Assembly: GCA_036172245.1 (NCBI GenBank)
Contig: JAYWIR010000015.1
Coordinates: 372,001 to 436,000 of the forward strand
Direction: 5' to 3'
Source: Raillietiella orientalis
Taxonomy: Eukaryota
Length of the DNA stretch: 64,000 nucleotides
Shown: piece by piece, positions 40,250-53,799 of the stretch
Position numbering within the stretch: the first letter of the stretch is position 1
Layout: each line of letters starts with the position of its first letter
Notes under the pieces: generated by a model
Told to the model about the DNA's origin: nothing
Database searches by the model: none
Seen by the model: only the letters and a program-made list of their open reading frames with translations
Made by a program: the position numbers and the translations under genes

Positions 40250-43000
40250 AATTCCCGGAAATTTACTTCCCTGAGCGCAGAGGCGCGTCCTTGGAGACCC
40301 ATTCCTTCCTTTGCCTTCTTTCTAGACCTCCCGGGAAGAGAAAACCATGTGACGAAGGAGTGCTCCTACGGGAGTGATGAGGAACGAGAGGATCCTCCGC
40401 GCGGCGACTCTGGGAACGGGGAAAAAAGACAGCAGCTCCTCTATTTTCCCCCCATCTTCCTTTCCTCTCTACGATTCTCTGGCAGGGCAGCGCATTTTTT
40501 TTTTTTTTACTCAGGGGAGGAGGGATTGAAAATTTCCTGGGGAGGCAGCAGCTTTGAGCAGCCTCCAGCTGCCTCCCGCTTTCCCGGCGAAGAGAACTGG
40601 GCAAAAGGGCAAGCAATCTCCCAGGACCTTCCAGGAACCTCGGAGGGGATCTCAAAGCCCGTCACCACCGGCAGCAGTGGGGCCTTCTTGCACCTCGCCG
40701 CTGCCGAGGCAGCCCGCCCATCGCGTGTGGCCATCAGGAACGACTGCCCAACCACCTGGCACGGCATCTCCCGTGCAGTCGCTTCTTTCGAGGCGCTCCC
40801 AGAGATCCCTCCCGAGGTTCCATGGAAGACTCGGGGACTCGCCCTCTAGGACTCTTTCACAGTGCAGCTTGCCGCTTCCTGGGCCCTCCTGAAGGAAATG
40901 GTCCGGACTGACCCCACCGCAGCTTGATCAGCCCTCCCTTGGAATCTCGCCGCGCGTCCTCAGGGCCTCTTTGGAGCTGGACTTTGGTCGTCGTCTTACA
41001 GAGCGGCTGCCCACATAGAACGGGAGGTTTCGTTGCCATATGCCTCTTTGCGGTTGCTGCCAATTCAGAAGCGTGGCCGACGGCCCTCTGCGTTAGTATC
41101 AGAGAAGGCGGTGGCGGCACCTCCGTCTGCAGGTGGCAGAGAAGGTGCTTCGCGCCTCCCTGCGAGCAAAACACCCGCCCCTTAACGAGCACATGTCTGG
41201 GGGCGTCTCCAGGCAACTGGAGCCTCCTGGGTAACGGCGTCTGTCGGTCGGTGTGCCGCGATGCAGCTGCCGCGAGGGCGCTGCAGCACCAGACGAGAGA
41301 AGTCGCGCGTCAGCACCACCGAGGATGTGGCCGAAGGCTTCTCTTGACCTTGGGCTCGTGGACGACCCAGAGAAGAGGCCAGGACGAGCCCTGGCGTCGG
41401 CGACCGTCGGGAAATTTCATCTCGGCGCACTGGAGCGAGGGTGATATCGGAAGGCGGAGGGAAGCGAGGACTCAGCCATGTGGTCCAGCGAGGCGTCTTC
41501 CCGAAAACCTCTGCAGGACTCGATCCTGGATGTCACCGCCCGCTGCAGGAAGGACATTGCTGCAAGAGCATCCTCTGAAGCCGGAGGCCTTTCGCAGCAA
41601 GGCAACTGAAACCCTTTCCCCTAGAGGGTTGCATCCTGGAGGGGAGTGCGGCGAGCTGTGATGGACACGACTATGACCCTCCCACGCAGCTGCAGGCGCA
41701 TGCTGGGCTCGGGCTGCCCTGCTACCGGCGCTCAATTACGGAGGGCTGCCGGGGAAGTGCGGTTTCATTCCCCGCCACCATATCTCAGCAGGAGCGCTCG
41801 GCAGCGGGGAGCTGCGGGCACGCGGATCCTCCTCCAGAGTCTACTACGTACCCTGCCTCCCAAATGAAAGCAGCAATACTGTACCTGGAGAGGGTCCTCC
41901 GGGCATGATCACTGAAGATGGGGAGAGCCTCCCTCCCACGATACATCTTCACGTCCTCACTGGCACTCCGTTCCCCCTTTGTAGCTGCCCTCGCGGCCGC
42001 CACTGCTGCTGCTGAGGAGGAGGAGGAGGAGGAAGAGCTTCAAAGAACCCCGTTGAGGGAAGGAACGCAGCTACTCTTCAGGGAACGTAGCTGCGACCAG
42101 GGAAACGCAGGACTCTTCGCCGTCTGATTCCAGCGGCACGGCTTCTGCAAGGAGTCGGTGCGAGCAGCACTGCCTGCCTGCAAGCCATGAGAGACGCGAG
42201 GAGATAAAGGGCACGCGGGAGAAACCTTGGCAGCGCCGCGAAAGGACGGGTCAACTTCCAGGGTCCTTCCGTCCCTGAGCATCCAAGAGGGAAGTGTGAA
42301 CTTTCCCCTGCGGCAAGGGAGGTGACCCGCCAGACTGAAGTCTCCAACCCTCCTGAGGTAGGAGTGTCTTCCAAGGAAAGCCTCCCCTGCTGTCTGAGAA
42401 GGCAAGAGAGGCTTTCTGAGGATTTCTTGAGATGCCGCTGCGATCTCTTGCGCCACGAAACCGCCCGCCAGTCGTTGGAACGCTGGGACTTCCCTCGCGG
42501 CGAGGAGAGGCGTCGCGCCACGCGGGGAGGACCGCTGAGGTACGAGCGTCGTGCAACGCATTCTGCGCCAGGCCGTTGGAGCGTACTTGGGGCTGCAGCG
42601 TGGGCATCCCATCTCCCTGGAGACGCTTCTGGAAAACGCTGCGGAAGATGCTGGGTGCCTTCGGCTTCAGGTCGCTGTGGAAGTCTTTCTTGGCGATGGC
42701 GACGCTCCTGGGACGCCATTGCCGTGCTTGCCACCGCACCCTATGCGAAGTGCGGAGCCTCAAGTCAAAGCAGAGGATTGGGGGAAGTTGGGGGAGCTCT
42801 AGGTAAACGCACTCCATCGCCACATTCCTTCCCTTCCTGGCGCAGACCCTCGGAACCACTGGGAGATCCGCCCACCTCAAGCTTCCTTTGTGCACCTATT
42901 CATGGGTACTTCCTCCTGTATTCAGTTTTCTCGCAGCTCTCTTCCTCCTCGAGGGTCGGAGTCTCTCGATTGGTCTCAAAAGCAGTCTGATCTGCTTCCA
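40250..43000 (+). mobile_element. Degraded LINE relic I (RT-thumb-zf)
   Basis: ASFEALPEIPPEVPW ~ DFEKAxDxVxW (~40780-40825); VLQSGCPH ~ RQGCPL (~41000); CWARAALLPALNYGGLP (41701-41751); PWRRFWKTLRK...LWKSFL...CRACHRTLCE zf-RVT (42432-42806). Confidence 0.75.
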
Positions 43001-43649
43001 ATGAATTCATATAATTTCCCGGGGCACGCTCGTTGCAAATGTTTTCAGGAGGAACCCTGACTGCTCTCCTCCTCGCCTATGTCCACCGCCAACCCGCTCT
43101 TCCTTTCCAGGATCAATTCGAAGGATCTTCCAGATCCCTCGGACTCTGATTCGCTCTCCAGCGCAACCTCCAGCGGATGCCATTACAGTCTCCCTCTTAC
43201 TCCTCCTTAGGAGCGAGGAAAAGGGAAGAGAGGGAAGGACAGTCCTCTCTTCCCCTTTCCTGGAATCTGGAATGCACTCCTTTCCATCCTTCCCTCTTCT
43301 TTCCGTTTCTTTCGCTTCAGGGGAACTGTGAGATTCTGCCCACCTCCCCAGCTCTCTAACCCATCAATCGGGAATGGAGCGGACACTCCCTGAGCGTCCT
43401 CTGTCTCTTTTCTTGAGCTTTCCTGGTCCAGGGGAGTTCCGATGCTTCTTGACTTTCGATCTACTGAAAGTCCTGTAGGGATCGGGCACTGTTTACTTCC
43501 TCGGCAGTCCGGGGCGACCCACCTCACCTCGGGGTTGGTTCGTTCCCTTCTCTCGGGAGCGTCAGCCCGACCGGCGACAGGTGAATAATCCCCGTCCATC
43601 CATTCCCGTTCTTCAACTTCCCCCTGCCTTCAAATTTGCTTATGCGCTC

Positions 43650-46200
43650 GACCCGCTCTTCGTTCCCCAAGTTCTCTTTGGTGCACAATTGTTTCGAACG
43701 CAATTCTGTACCAGAGTGCTTTGAATGAATGTTAACCCCCCCCCCCCCCCCCCCCCGATCTTACCACAGAGAGATAAGTTCGGATCGTCTACTCGCTTAT
43801 CAGTTCGTGGAGATGAAGTCTCGTTCCTGTACCCATGGGAACTTTAGCACCCGCACGATTTGGGCCTACTTGCCATGACCAGACGCGGAACCCCTGAGAT
43901 CCTAACATCACCTTCTATCTGGAGAAGTTTGGTGGTCATGTGACCACAGTGATGAATGAGCCATAAACCATAGCCTTTAGGATGGCTTCTCAGATCTGCT
44001 TGCACATTGTCCATTACCGTTCAAATCACTGCCATCCTTTGACCATGTGGATTCGAGGATGTTTCTAATGTCTTGGAGCTTGGCTTTTTAGGAAACAAAC
44101 TAGAAAAAAGAAGGATATCCAGTACTTCTGGAGATCTTCGTTGCTTTTCCTCGATTGGACTTCTCTCGGTCCGTTCCTTTCCGTTCCATTCCGAGACCAC
44201 TGGTCAGCTCTGTCCTCCTCGCACACCTGTTGCGTGATAATGGTGCCAGAGCGTGGAGGTAGCAAATTTCTGGAGCACAGCTGGTGTCGGATCTCGATCT
44301 CAGATGATTTTTCTGCGTCCTCGCCTCTGTACGAGCCTCATCTGAGATTTTCCTGACCTCTGATCTGACTGGAGGGCTCTAAAAGTTGCTGACGAGGTGG
44401 TCTGGTGCACGGAAAAGGAACCAGTAAGTTGGGGTGAGCTGGGGACGGAGCTGGACTCGAGCGCCTCCGTCCTGCAGCACCTGCTGCGCTTCTTATCCTT
44501 GTTGTTACTTTGGCTGGTCGGTGGTTTCCGGATTGGTGCCTGCTTCTCGGTTTTTACTTGGAAAGCTTCAATTTTGTCTTCTCCCGCTGGAATCGGAGCA
44601 AGGAAGGAGGAGAAAGGATGAAGAAGGAATCAAGATGGAAGGATAGGGAGAGGAAGGGAGAAGGAGGAGGATGAAGAAAAAGAAAAAGGGACTTATGGGA
44701 GGTCTGCTAATGAGCTCGAGGCTCCGTTCGTTGCTATCTTCTCTGGAGTACGCTCAGATGAGAAAGCGATTCCTTTCCAGATCGTTCCAGCATCCTTTTC
44801 GACCCACGCAGACTGCAGCCAAAAAGGAATGCTCCTTCCGCTTCCTCCGTTATGGATCAGTTGACTAGCGCCCGGAAGCATGCCTAGCTCGTTTGGAAGG
44901 GAGAGTGGACCGGAAGACAGTCTGCAGAAGCGCTTGCCAGAAAATACCTTCAGTAACCTTCCAACCTCTGTCCCAGGGCGATCCGGGAGACCAAGGAAGA
45001 TCCTTCCTGGGTTTGCAAGCGTTCCTTGCTGTTGCTCTGAGGACAGTCTTCTTCGCTGGATGGTCCGCCCATCAAGTGTACACGCAGGATGCTAAAAATC
45101 CAGCATCCTACGTCATGGTGCTTTTGCACTAGGAGGCAGAATCCTTGGTGAGTGGAGAACGTTGGCTACTCGAAACCCCCATTGGACTCCGTTGAATCCA
45201 CCTAGGAGATCCCTCGTGCTTTCGTTCCATTTTTCCTCCTTCCTCATCCCTGCTGATGCCGAAGGAAGACGATCCCTAGCACCACGCTTCAGTCAGCGCC
45301 CCGACCTTCGCGTGCATCTTCTGGAGGACGTCCAGGTAGCCTCGGGGGTTCCTGATTCTGTCCTCCTTGGGAGAGAGGCAGGGAGGGGAGAATCCAGGGG
45401 CGGAGACTGCTGCGTCCTCTCTCCTACCTTCAGAAGGTTCTGGAGCGGCGGCGAAGGAGAAGGGCAAGGGAAGAGGAGGACCTTTCTCCTTCTCTCTTAC
45501 ATAGCAGGCGGATCGTCGTAGTCCCCGCTCCCCAGCACCATCAGGATCGTCTCGGGGATCCTGTAGGCATGCGACCGCTGCCCCACCTGCAGAGTCCCGC
45601 CCCGGTCCATCCTCGCGAGCAAAGTAGCGGGAGGACCTCGTCTTCCCCTGCCCTGCTCCTCCTCCGCTCCGAGGTACTCCTGAAGGTAGGCGAGAGCGTG
45701 CAGTAACCTCCTTCCTCTCTTCCCTTGTTCCTTTCGAGGGAAAGGCACGCAGGTTCTTCTCCCGAGGCTTGGTGCCCCCCGAAGGTTCGATCCAGGACAC
45801 ACAAGTCGTCCGACAGCCGTCAAATAAATTCATTCTTCCTTTCTTCTTCTTCTCTTCCTTCTCCCTGAGCAGCAGAAGTCGGCGATTGCTCCCATCTGGG
45901 ATGCGCAGGTGTGCTCCATCCGCGCATCCCGCCGTGAGAGCCGGGAATTCTTCCTCCGGCAGGCTGAGTGTTCGGCAGCGATCTCCGACTCTCCCACAGG
46001 GGAAGCTGCGGAGGCCAGCCGTTCCCCTCTCTGTTCCTCCTCCTTTCGCCCTCGAGTGCGCGTGCTTCCTTCCCAGCTGCTCTTTGGAACAACCGGGGAA
46101 CCACCGGGGAAGAGCCAACGGGGTTTCCCGTTCTCCCTTCACCCAGGTGGCACACAAACTCGATGGGAGGCAGAGGTGGGTGATCTTTCAGTCGGGCTGC
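43650..46200 (-). mobile_element. Degraded LINE relic J (RT)
   Basis: PACTLDGRT ~ APGxDGLT (~45062-45088); EVRKISDE ~ DxxKAxD (~44345); TGVRGG ~ RGVRQG (~44213-44230). The motifs are in the correct minus-strand order. Confidence 0.58.
43736..43756. repeat. C21 homopolymer
   Basis: Seen directly. G17 at 14453-14469 and other G runs at ~25792-25805 and ~54548-54559 are similar. Confidence 0.9.
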
Positions 46201-46499
46201 TTGGGCCATCCTCAGCATCTTCTGGGTCTACTTACGAGGAGGTTGCCCGTTGACGCTCTCCCTTTGCATCTTTTGCTGCTGCTTTTGTTGCTGCTGCTGC
46301 TACTGACGATGATGATGGTGAAGAGAAATGGATGGGAAAAAAGGAGAAAAATGGAGATGAGAATGGCGGTGATGGTGGCGACAATGGGGAGGCTGATGAA
46401 ATGGTTGGGAGGTGGAGAGGAAGGGGGAACACTAATCGAGGAGGTTTCTTGTTGCATGTCCCAGAAATTTTAGTTATTCCTTTCCGACCTCATGGATCC

Positions 46500-47450
46500 G
46501 CAAAAAGCCTCGAGAGGTCTTTCTCAAGTGCAGCGGAATTTCCTCCGCTGGAAGTCCATGCTCGGCTCTCCTCAGCGGTCCACTCAGCGAATGCCCAGCT
46601 GTAGCTTGCAGAGTGAACGAGACTTCTTCCGACATCATTTTCTTGGAACGGCCTTAATGCGTTCCACAAAATGAAACCGCAGCTGTGGATGGAGTTCCTT
46701 TCAACAGAGGGAAAAGGGGATTTCCGGTACACGAGGCACAATTTGTGCGATAGTCGCCATGGTCCCTTTAGGATTCATGGTGTGAGTCCACCACATATTT
46801 TCCGTGGGATGGGCCAAGCCACCATGATTACTGCTACCCCTACAGGCATCCAAATCTTTAGATGATTGGGCACTCTAAGTGGATCAACAATTTCTCTCAA
46901 CATTCCTCTATTCTGAATATTGGGATTCATTTTCTCATCCACAATTGGAGGACTCATAGGACTCATCAAAATTAAAGCAATTGCCGCCCTAATTAATCTT
47001 TCGAGCCTCACTTCATGGTGCGGCATTTCCCCTGTGTCCTAACCACAGCATCGCTGCTGTGGATATGGACTTCTCTTCCTTCGCAGGATGTGGAGAAAGA
47101 AAAGTCATGTCTTGTGAAGTTCAGCATCACCGTTATTCGATAGCGATTTCCTTTCTTTGCCTCCTCCCAAGTCTTTATGCATCTTTTCTGGCTTCCTATT
47201 CTCTTCCATCGATGGGATGCCAGTTCGATCTGCGATGCGATGAATCATCAGTGGGAGCAGCACCGGTGCACGGGATGTGAGGTTTGGCTCTTTTGTGCCT
47301 GATATTGCTGTCGGTATACACCACCACGAAGGATGTGCCTAGTGGTTGCAGCAGTGCTCCACATCTTTCATCCAAATGCAGAATCCACAAAGGCATTTTT
47401 CCCTGAAGGAATCCACCATGAGGATGTAGCAAGGATTCGAGGCTTTGCGA
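46500..47450 (-). mobile_element. LINE fragment K (RT5 to thumb)
   Basis: APTDDS ~ ADD (47196-47432), LWLG ~ YLG (~47040), VAWPIPRKICGGLT ~ VAW...PK..GGLG (46775-47026). Confidence 0.62.
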
Positions 47451-47599
47451 ACAGCGGGAGAATGAAATGAAGATTACTTGAATTCGTGGACTGCGGCTTT
47501 TCCCTGTTTGGACAGATGTGAACGCTACACAACACAGAAAATCCCTCTTGTGGGCATCAGAAGGAGCTGCTCAAGTTCCATGAAGTATTTTCGAGAGGT

Positions 47600-50500
47600 T
47601 TCTTCTAATGCCCTTCCTCTAGCTTAGAAGATTCTGGATTGCATAAAGGAATGCGAGGGAGATTTCAACGTTTTCCTCGACCTGTCCAGCTGCTCCGTTG
47701 CTGGGAAAGGGCTGGTCGGAGACGGGCCTTCAAGAGTGGGAGTACCCCTTGTTGAGGTGACATCTCTATTGAGAGAGATCACCTCTGCAGTTCGAACCCG
47801 AGGCCTTTCCGTCGGCACCTGGAGTTTCCGCCATTGTGCTATGCCTGCTTGCTTGAGATTTGTCGTTGCGTAGGGTTGGATGCTGGTCCTTTTCTGGCTA
47901 CTCAACTATGTGAACCTGTTCCGAGTGAATTCCAAGTTTGTCCTAGTCGACGCGTCCGACAGAGTTCCCAGCTGTATTGGATACTGGATGGCGCCCTCAT
48001 TTTGCTGAGCTGGTACGGGTTCATTCTCGGAATTTCCGTCTCTTTCAAAGCATCTCCATCTTACATCAGGAAGGTACATCTGCACTTCAGATTCACACGT
48101 GCTGCCTGGCGTGTCCTGATCAGAGGACGTGCATGCCGCAAGCGGCATCGTAGCTGCGAAAATTGTCAAGCACGGGATGAGATGTTGCCTCGTGTCATCA
48201 CTGCTCGTGGCATCCTCTCCAGTACAGTAGAGGGCACGATGCCTTAATACGCATACTGAAGATGGCAGATGAGGGGATCCGGGAATCAGCCTCGCGTAAC
48301 ATGATCATTCATAAAATGGACACTCGCCTCAGCTCAGAGCTAGCCTTACTTAGGGAGAGTGATCGTCCTGGATCCCACCTGCCCTTCGACTCGTTCCAAA
48401 GTGCTCCAAAAGGGAAGGGAACCAAACGCAAAGACTCTCTATCTTCATGCTGACGAAGCACGTGCAGGTCACCGTCAGAGCCCTGATCGTCTTCTCGGTG
48501 GGGTTCCAGGATCCCCCCAAACGAAGAGATGATGCGAGAGAAAGAGATTCCGAAGCCTCATCACGACAAGATGAGGCTGCTCAAAACTTCCCCCGACTCC
48601 AGTATGGGTGCAGAATCCACACACGGGACCCGCAGATCGAGTCGCGCTCCCGGTGTGGAAGCGAACGGAACAGCGGCGAGCTGCTTCAGAAGCCAAAGCG
48701 GATGTTGGACGGAGGCTTTTGGGGGAAGCATTTTCTGCATGGAACGAAAGGGTGGGCTGAATGTGGACATGGTGCGGATGGTGAGGGTCGTGAATAATCT
48801 GCCTCTTTTATTCTAGACAATTTTTCCGTTCACTCAGTCCAGGAATTGCTGCTCCACGGCCAACAATTCGGCTGATGCTTCCGATATACATTGCGGAAGA
48901 GCTGGATGTTAGAACGCACCATCTCCTTCTTGATGGTGTTCCTCCTAAAGCCGTGGCATCATTTGGTTCTCGCAATCACCGTGTCGCACTCCGGGTCTTA
49001 AGATTCTAATGATTCTACCATGAGTGCCCAATACCTGGGACCCGTTTGGAGGAAAGACGGAGAACTGGTTCCCCTTTATCTGCTTTTTTTTACCTTTGCC
49101 ACGCTCATCAAAGCCGTCGAAGAGGTCTCGAAGCTGCCATGCTGTGGTCCGGTGACTTCTTTAAAGCGATTCGTCTGTCTGTAGGCTCTCTAGTTCGTGT
49201 TCCCGTGATTTGGAAACTTCGTGCCTAGTTTGGCTTTTCTGGATGCTTGGAATTCTGAAGCGAGAGAAAGAACACACTTTTTGCGTTAGGATAGGATTCT
49301 TTTGGAGCAGTACATTTTTTTCTTATTCAGTTGACCTCTCGATGGCAGTGGCTGCTTGCTCTCGGTTTCCCATCTGATTTGTTTCACGATGTGGACTTTT
49401 TCTCCCTAACCCAGGTGTTTCTGTTGTTTGTGGGAAGCTGCTTCCCGTGCCACAAGACCACGCTACAACCAATAGTCTTACAGATTGGATCGCGGTTTCT
49501 CCTGAACTTCTAAATTGCTCTTTTTTCTTTTTATCTCTCGAGAAGAGGGGTTACCCCAACACATCCCAGTTCTTAGTGGGGGTCCGTGCTCGTTGTATTG
49601 AGGAAAATCAACCTCCACGTAATCCGCTGAACTCGAGATTGCAACTTTTGAAGGTTTTCGATCTTATCAGCGTCTACGAAAAACCATGATCTGCAGACCA
49701 TTTTTGTGTCGATAGAAGGCTGTCCCTTTGATTGTCTTTCCCAGGATCACTTCATCAATCTCTCCTGGTCTTGATGGAATGGATTCATGAAGTCATCTTT
49801 GTTTACTTTGGTCATCACTCAAACCCAAGCGGTGGGATGCCTCGGAATAGTGATTCCTTCATCACCGCTCCGAGTCATTCCTCTCTTTGTTATCCACTTC
49901 TGGCTGTTGAGCACAATTCTCTTCCCATGCTGTCTCTTGCCAACGAAGTCCTCTTCATTCCTAAGAAGCATGATCCCGGATGAATATAGAAACCATCTGA
50001 TCAGCTTTCGACGTCATGTCTTTCTGACTGTTCTGTCCTCGGTGGGTTTACTTGCAGCACCTGGCGCTGGAAAGCCTATCAACAACTTATCACGGATCAA
50101 CCTCCTGCAATCTCTTGTTGCCTCTCCATGGTAGGCCCTTTTCCTTGGGATCTGGAGTAGTATAATGACTGAGACTGAGGCTCACAGGAAGCTTTCTGTT
50201 GCTGTGAGGACTTTCCTTCGTGCATCCTTTTAGTGATAGGCTGTCCAAGACTACATCTTCATCACTTGGACTGACTCTTCTTTTGTTTGTCTGTGGATGT
50301 GACCCACCTGACAGCTGCCGCCTGACAGCTCTCCTCTCATCTAAAATGATGACTCGATGTGTTGGGCAAGGGATGCTGCCTTAGGAAGGTTGAGGAGAGG
50401 TGGCACTGTGGCGTGGGTGTGGTTCGGAGTAGAATGAGGAAGGGAGCGAAGGAGGCTGAGAAGGAACAAGAAGTCGGCATAAGGACCAGAATTATAGGTC

Positions 50501-51900
50501 GGTATTGAGAACGGGAAGAATGGTCCCTAGGATCGCAGTCCCCGTCCGTAATGTATACGGAGGCACACATGATCACGGGAGGGTTCGATTGGTGCTCTCT
50601 GCGTATCCTGTAGCACTGTGATCACAATGTCAGGTCACAGGTTTGAAACCGTCTCCATTCTTTCGGGAGAGAAAAGGAAACTCCCTGTAGGAATTGATCT
50701 CATCCTTCATTTCACAGCTTCGGTTCGACCTGCCGAAAGAGGAAACTGGAAGAAGTCTGTCGGAAACGTTCCTGAAGCTCCAAAAGAGAAAAGAACGATA
50801 GAGCACTCCAGCAGTCACGTGCAGACAACGGCAGAGTCAAGTCTTTTGTGGTTCCTGAGAACCAGACGGACCTTGCATTTCCTCCAAGCCTCTCGTGATT
50901 GATATTCGGCCCGTATGGTTTGTAGAGTGCTGCTATCAGATCACTTCGGAGAGGTTGCCTTTTCTTGTCGAAGAGGTCAATTTGTCAATCTTTCCTCTCT
51001 GTGGATTTTGGTGCATTCTAGCCTCTTTTTTTTTTAAAACCAAGGACACTTACTGTGTGCATCCACCTACAGGTGTGCACAACAACTTGAAAACAGGAGG
51101 GAAGAATCTGGGGGCATAAGAAGCAAGGTCGGAACAGAAGTCTACGACATGGAAGAGGAAAGTCGGTAGCTGCAAGTCCGTAACTGTGAAACTCACTCAC
51201 TCTGCACTAGCGAGAAATTCTTTGCCGTGTGGAAACTAGCTGAAGCCTTTTGGCTGAGGGAAGGTCTTCTCCACACGGAGAGGTTACTGAACTACCAGAT
51301 TTGGAAAAAAGGGCAGCTTCAACACAAGATGATAATGTGATAAAAAGAATTTCGGAAAACATTGCTATGGCGACGGACCAAACTCAAGATTACAGCCACG
51401 AAGGACGAGAGGCAGGAAGGAATGGAGACAGAGGATGGAAGAACACGCGCGGGAGGAACCAACAGCAGAGACGCCTCCTTTGGAAAATATGGAGGATGAT
51501 GGATTCTTTGGCAATTTAAATGAAATCATGGGCGAACTCATTGAAGAGGAATCAACGGGGAGAGAGTGTGTTACCAATTACCAGTGAATCAACTGAGGTT
51601 CTATTGCAGTCCGCCCGGATGTCAAAATGGACGTTTGCGCTCTTCCCGTTTACTGTCCTGACCCTTGAAATAGATGGATCGTTTGAGAATTTGCAGGGAT
51701 CAGAATATTCTGTATCCGGTTTTGATTTCACAGGGAAAGTAATAGTCAAGGTGCAATTAGAAAATGGCATTGTGATTCATAACAAAAGAATCGCATTTGA
51801 TCAACTGGTTCTAAGGATGCAACGGGTGTTAGGAGGGCATTGGTCAACTCAAATTTCGTTGGAGCTAAAGGTGAAGATGGAGATTAGATGACATCCTTCT
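47600..51900 (-). mobile_element. Internally deleted or chimeric LINE relic L (ORF1?-EN joined to RT4-thumb)
   Basis: EN-like SGDEGITIPRHP and NWDVLG (49.55-49.9 kb); the RT4-5 segment 48460-48800 is a paralogue of 57860-58185; YAY*GI ~ YLGI (~48245); YSWELCRTRRLG thumb (~47950). RT0-3 were not seen. Confidence 0.58.
48460..48800. repeat. Dispersed inverted repeat, copy 1 (partner 57860-58185)
   Basis: Manual alignment: core 48544-48687 vs reverse complement of 57962-58105 is 142/144 identical; flanks are more divergent. Confidence 0.95.
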
Positions 51901-52099
51901 ATAGTTCTGATCTAACATCGAATGGCAGATGTTAGATGCAGTTATATTTTGAAGCTTACTATCTTTGCTCTAACGAATGTCCGCAGCCGCTGCAATTAGA
52001 TGAAATGAAAATGATTAAAAGGAAACTGAAATCTATTCGGAATGAAATCAGTCAATTAGTAAATGTTCCTGATGGCACTCAAAGCATCTTTAGTGATAA

Positions 52100-53350
52100 A
52101 TGAAAAGATAATGTCTCTCAAATACGAACGAAATCAGAAATAGCCCAAGAATGTTCCTTTGCAAGCTGAACAGATGTCTAAACAGAAGTGGTGGCTCCTC
52201 GAAACACTTCACTATGATGATACACCAATTTTACAGCCTCCAAGTACTGAATCACTTGCAGCTTTAAGAATGCTGTGCACTTTACAAGTCAGCATGTTCG
52301 TCTCAGTTGACCTTAGCAACCGGCATGGTAGGGAAATCTGTGAGCAGGTTCTCTGGTGCGTCTTTCCAAGCCCAATCATATCTTGGAAACCAGTACATCT
52401 CACAGCATTACGTACCTTTCTCAGGAAACTCCATGAATGTCATGTTCCTCTCCTCCTCTCCCACAAGGCTCTGAATATCCCAACATATTCAGTATGTACT
52501 CAGACGCACTGCTTTTCCAGCTTACAACACTTCAATGCAATCTGTTTGAGCACAGATTCCTGTTCCATGTGTTCAAAGCCATCAGATGCTTAAAGAGGAC
52601 GCCTTGAACCTTACATATCATTGCTCGCCTACCTTCATTACAGCCACGAAACCCAATCAGCCTATCTTGTGAGAGATATTGCTCTTGAAATTTTTCCAGA
52701 GGATGGTCAGATTTGCTGATCATCCTCAAGAAAAAGTGCGCAAAGCTGATTTGGGTTTCCTTGTTCTCATTTCTCGGGAATCATTCCCGGACCGACAAGA
52801 ACTTTGTGTCTGCTTCAGCGAGGTACGAACTGCTGATCCTCGTTTCTTGTTTCTTAACACCTGGGAGAGGTGCATTCTCTTGAATTACTGAGTGATGCTT
52901 GGTTTGTCCTGCTTCCGGTTTTCTCCAGTGCTGAGTGCGAATGAGCTCTACTTCAGCCGGCGTTAACTTAGAGATCGAACTCCCCTTTTTTGTCATGGGA
53001 TGCTCTGACCTCAAGCAGTGGATGCGATCCGGAGAGGAAGTTCTTGGAACGTGCTTTCTGAGAGGAATTTCCTGAATCCGAATGGAACGAGCAGAGATGT
53101 AAGATGAAATTTCATGGACGGTCACTACTGATCACACTGTGGCCTCCACCTGAAATCCAGTGCCTTTGTGAGGTGCAGCTAAAAGTCGCCTCTTTCCAGC
53201 ATCTGAGGGTCTTCGTTTCTGGGTATCGAGCTATATGGGAAGATGATAAGTCTTCCAAGGACGTGTGACGACTCGTAGACGCTTCTCAGATGAAAGCCGC
53301 GTTTAAAATCAGGCACATCTTCGTTTCTCAGAGCACTGTTTCGATTTTTT
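52100..53350 (-). mobile_element. LINE 3' end M (zf-RVT and C-terminal W-x-R motif)
   Basis: LEKFQEQYLSQDRLIGFRGCNEGRRAMICKVQGVLFKHLM (52532-52729), followed by IFRALWERR (~52455-52480). Possibly the 3' end of relic O, interrupted by relic N. Confidence 0.62.
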
Positions 53351-53799
53351 GGTGAATTACTTTGCTACAATTCAAAACTCGCGGGTCAGGATTCATTTAG
53401 CAAGAGGTCATTGCTGGTCGTTTGCTTGGAAACTATCAGACTGATTTTCCATTTGTTTCGGGCATCGTCCTCGTCCTCTTCAGGAACTCGTTTTTCTCGT
53501 GAATTCCTTAAACTGCATGTTTTGCCTATTATTATTATTATTTTATTTGGGGGCCGTCCAATAACGAGCGCGGTGATCAGGAAGAAAATCGCAAATATAA
53601 TTGAGCAAATCCATCCGTCATCGTCAAGTCATTACTAGACCCGTGGAGCAGGAGCGATCCGTGGTTCCCCCGCTCGGGGCCTCGAAAAGTGAGACGTTTC
53701 TTCAAGACAGATTAAATATGCTCGAATCTCAAGGGAAGCGTTTCAGAAAACAAATCCGTGGAATGAATGTCACGATTGCTTTGATGCAGTAGGATGCAT

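Noticed and set aside
39276..40849. Overlapping 332-aa and 346-aa ORFs
   Set aside because: Both are low-complexity and GC-rich, several frames are open at once, and there is no recognisable domain except RT remnants at the 3' end.
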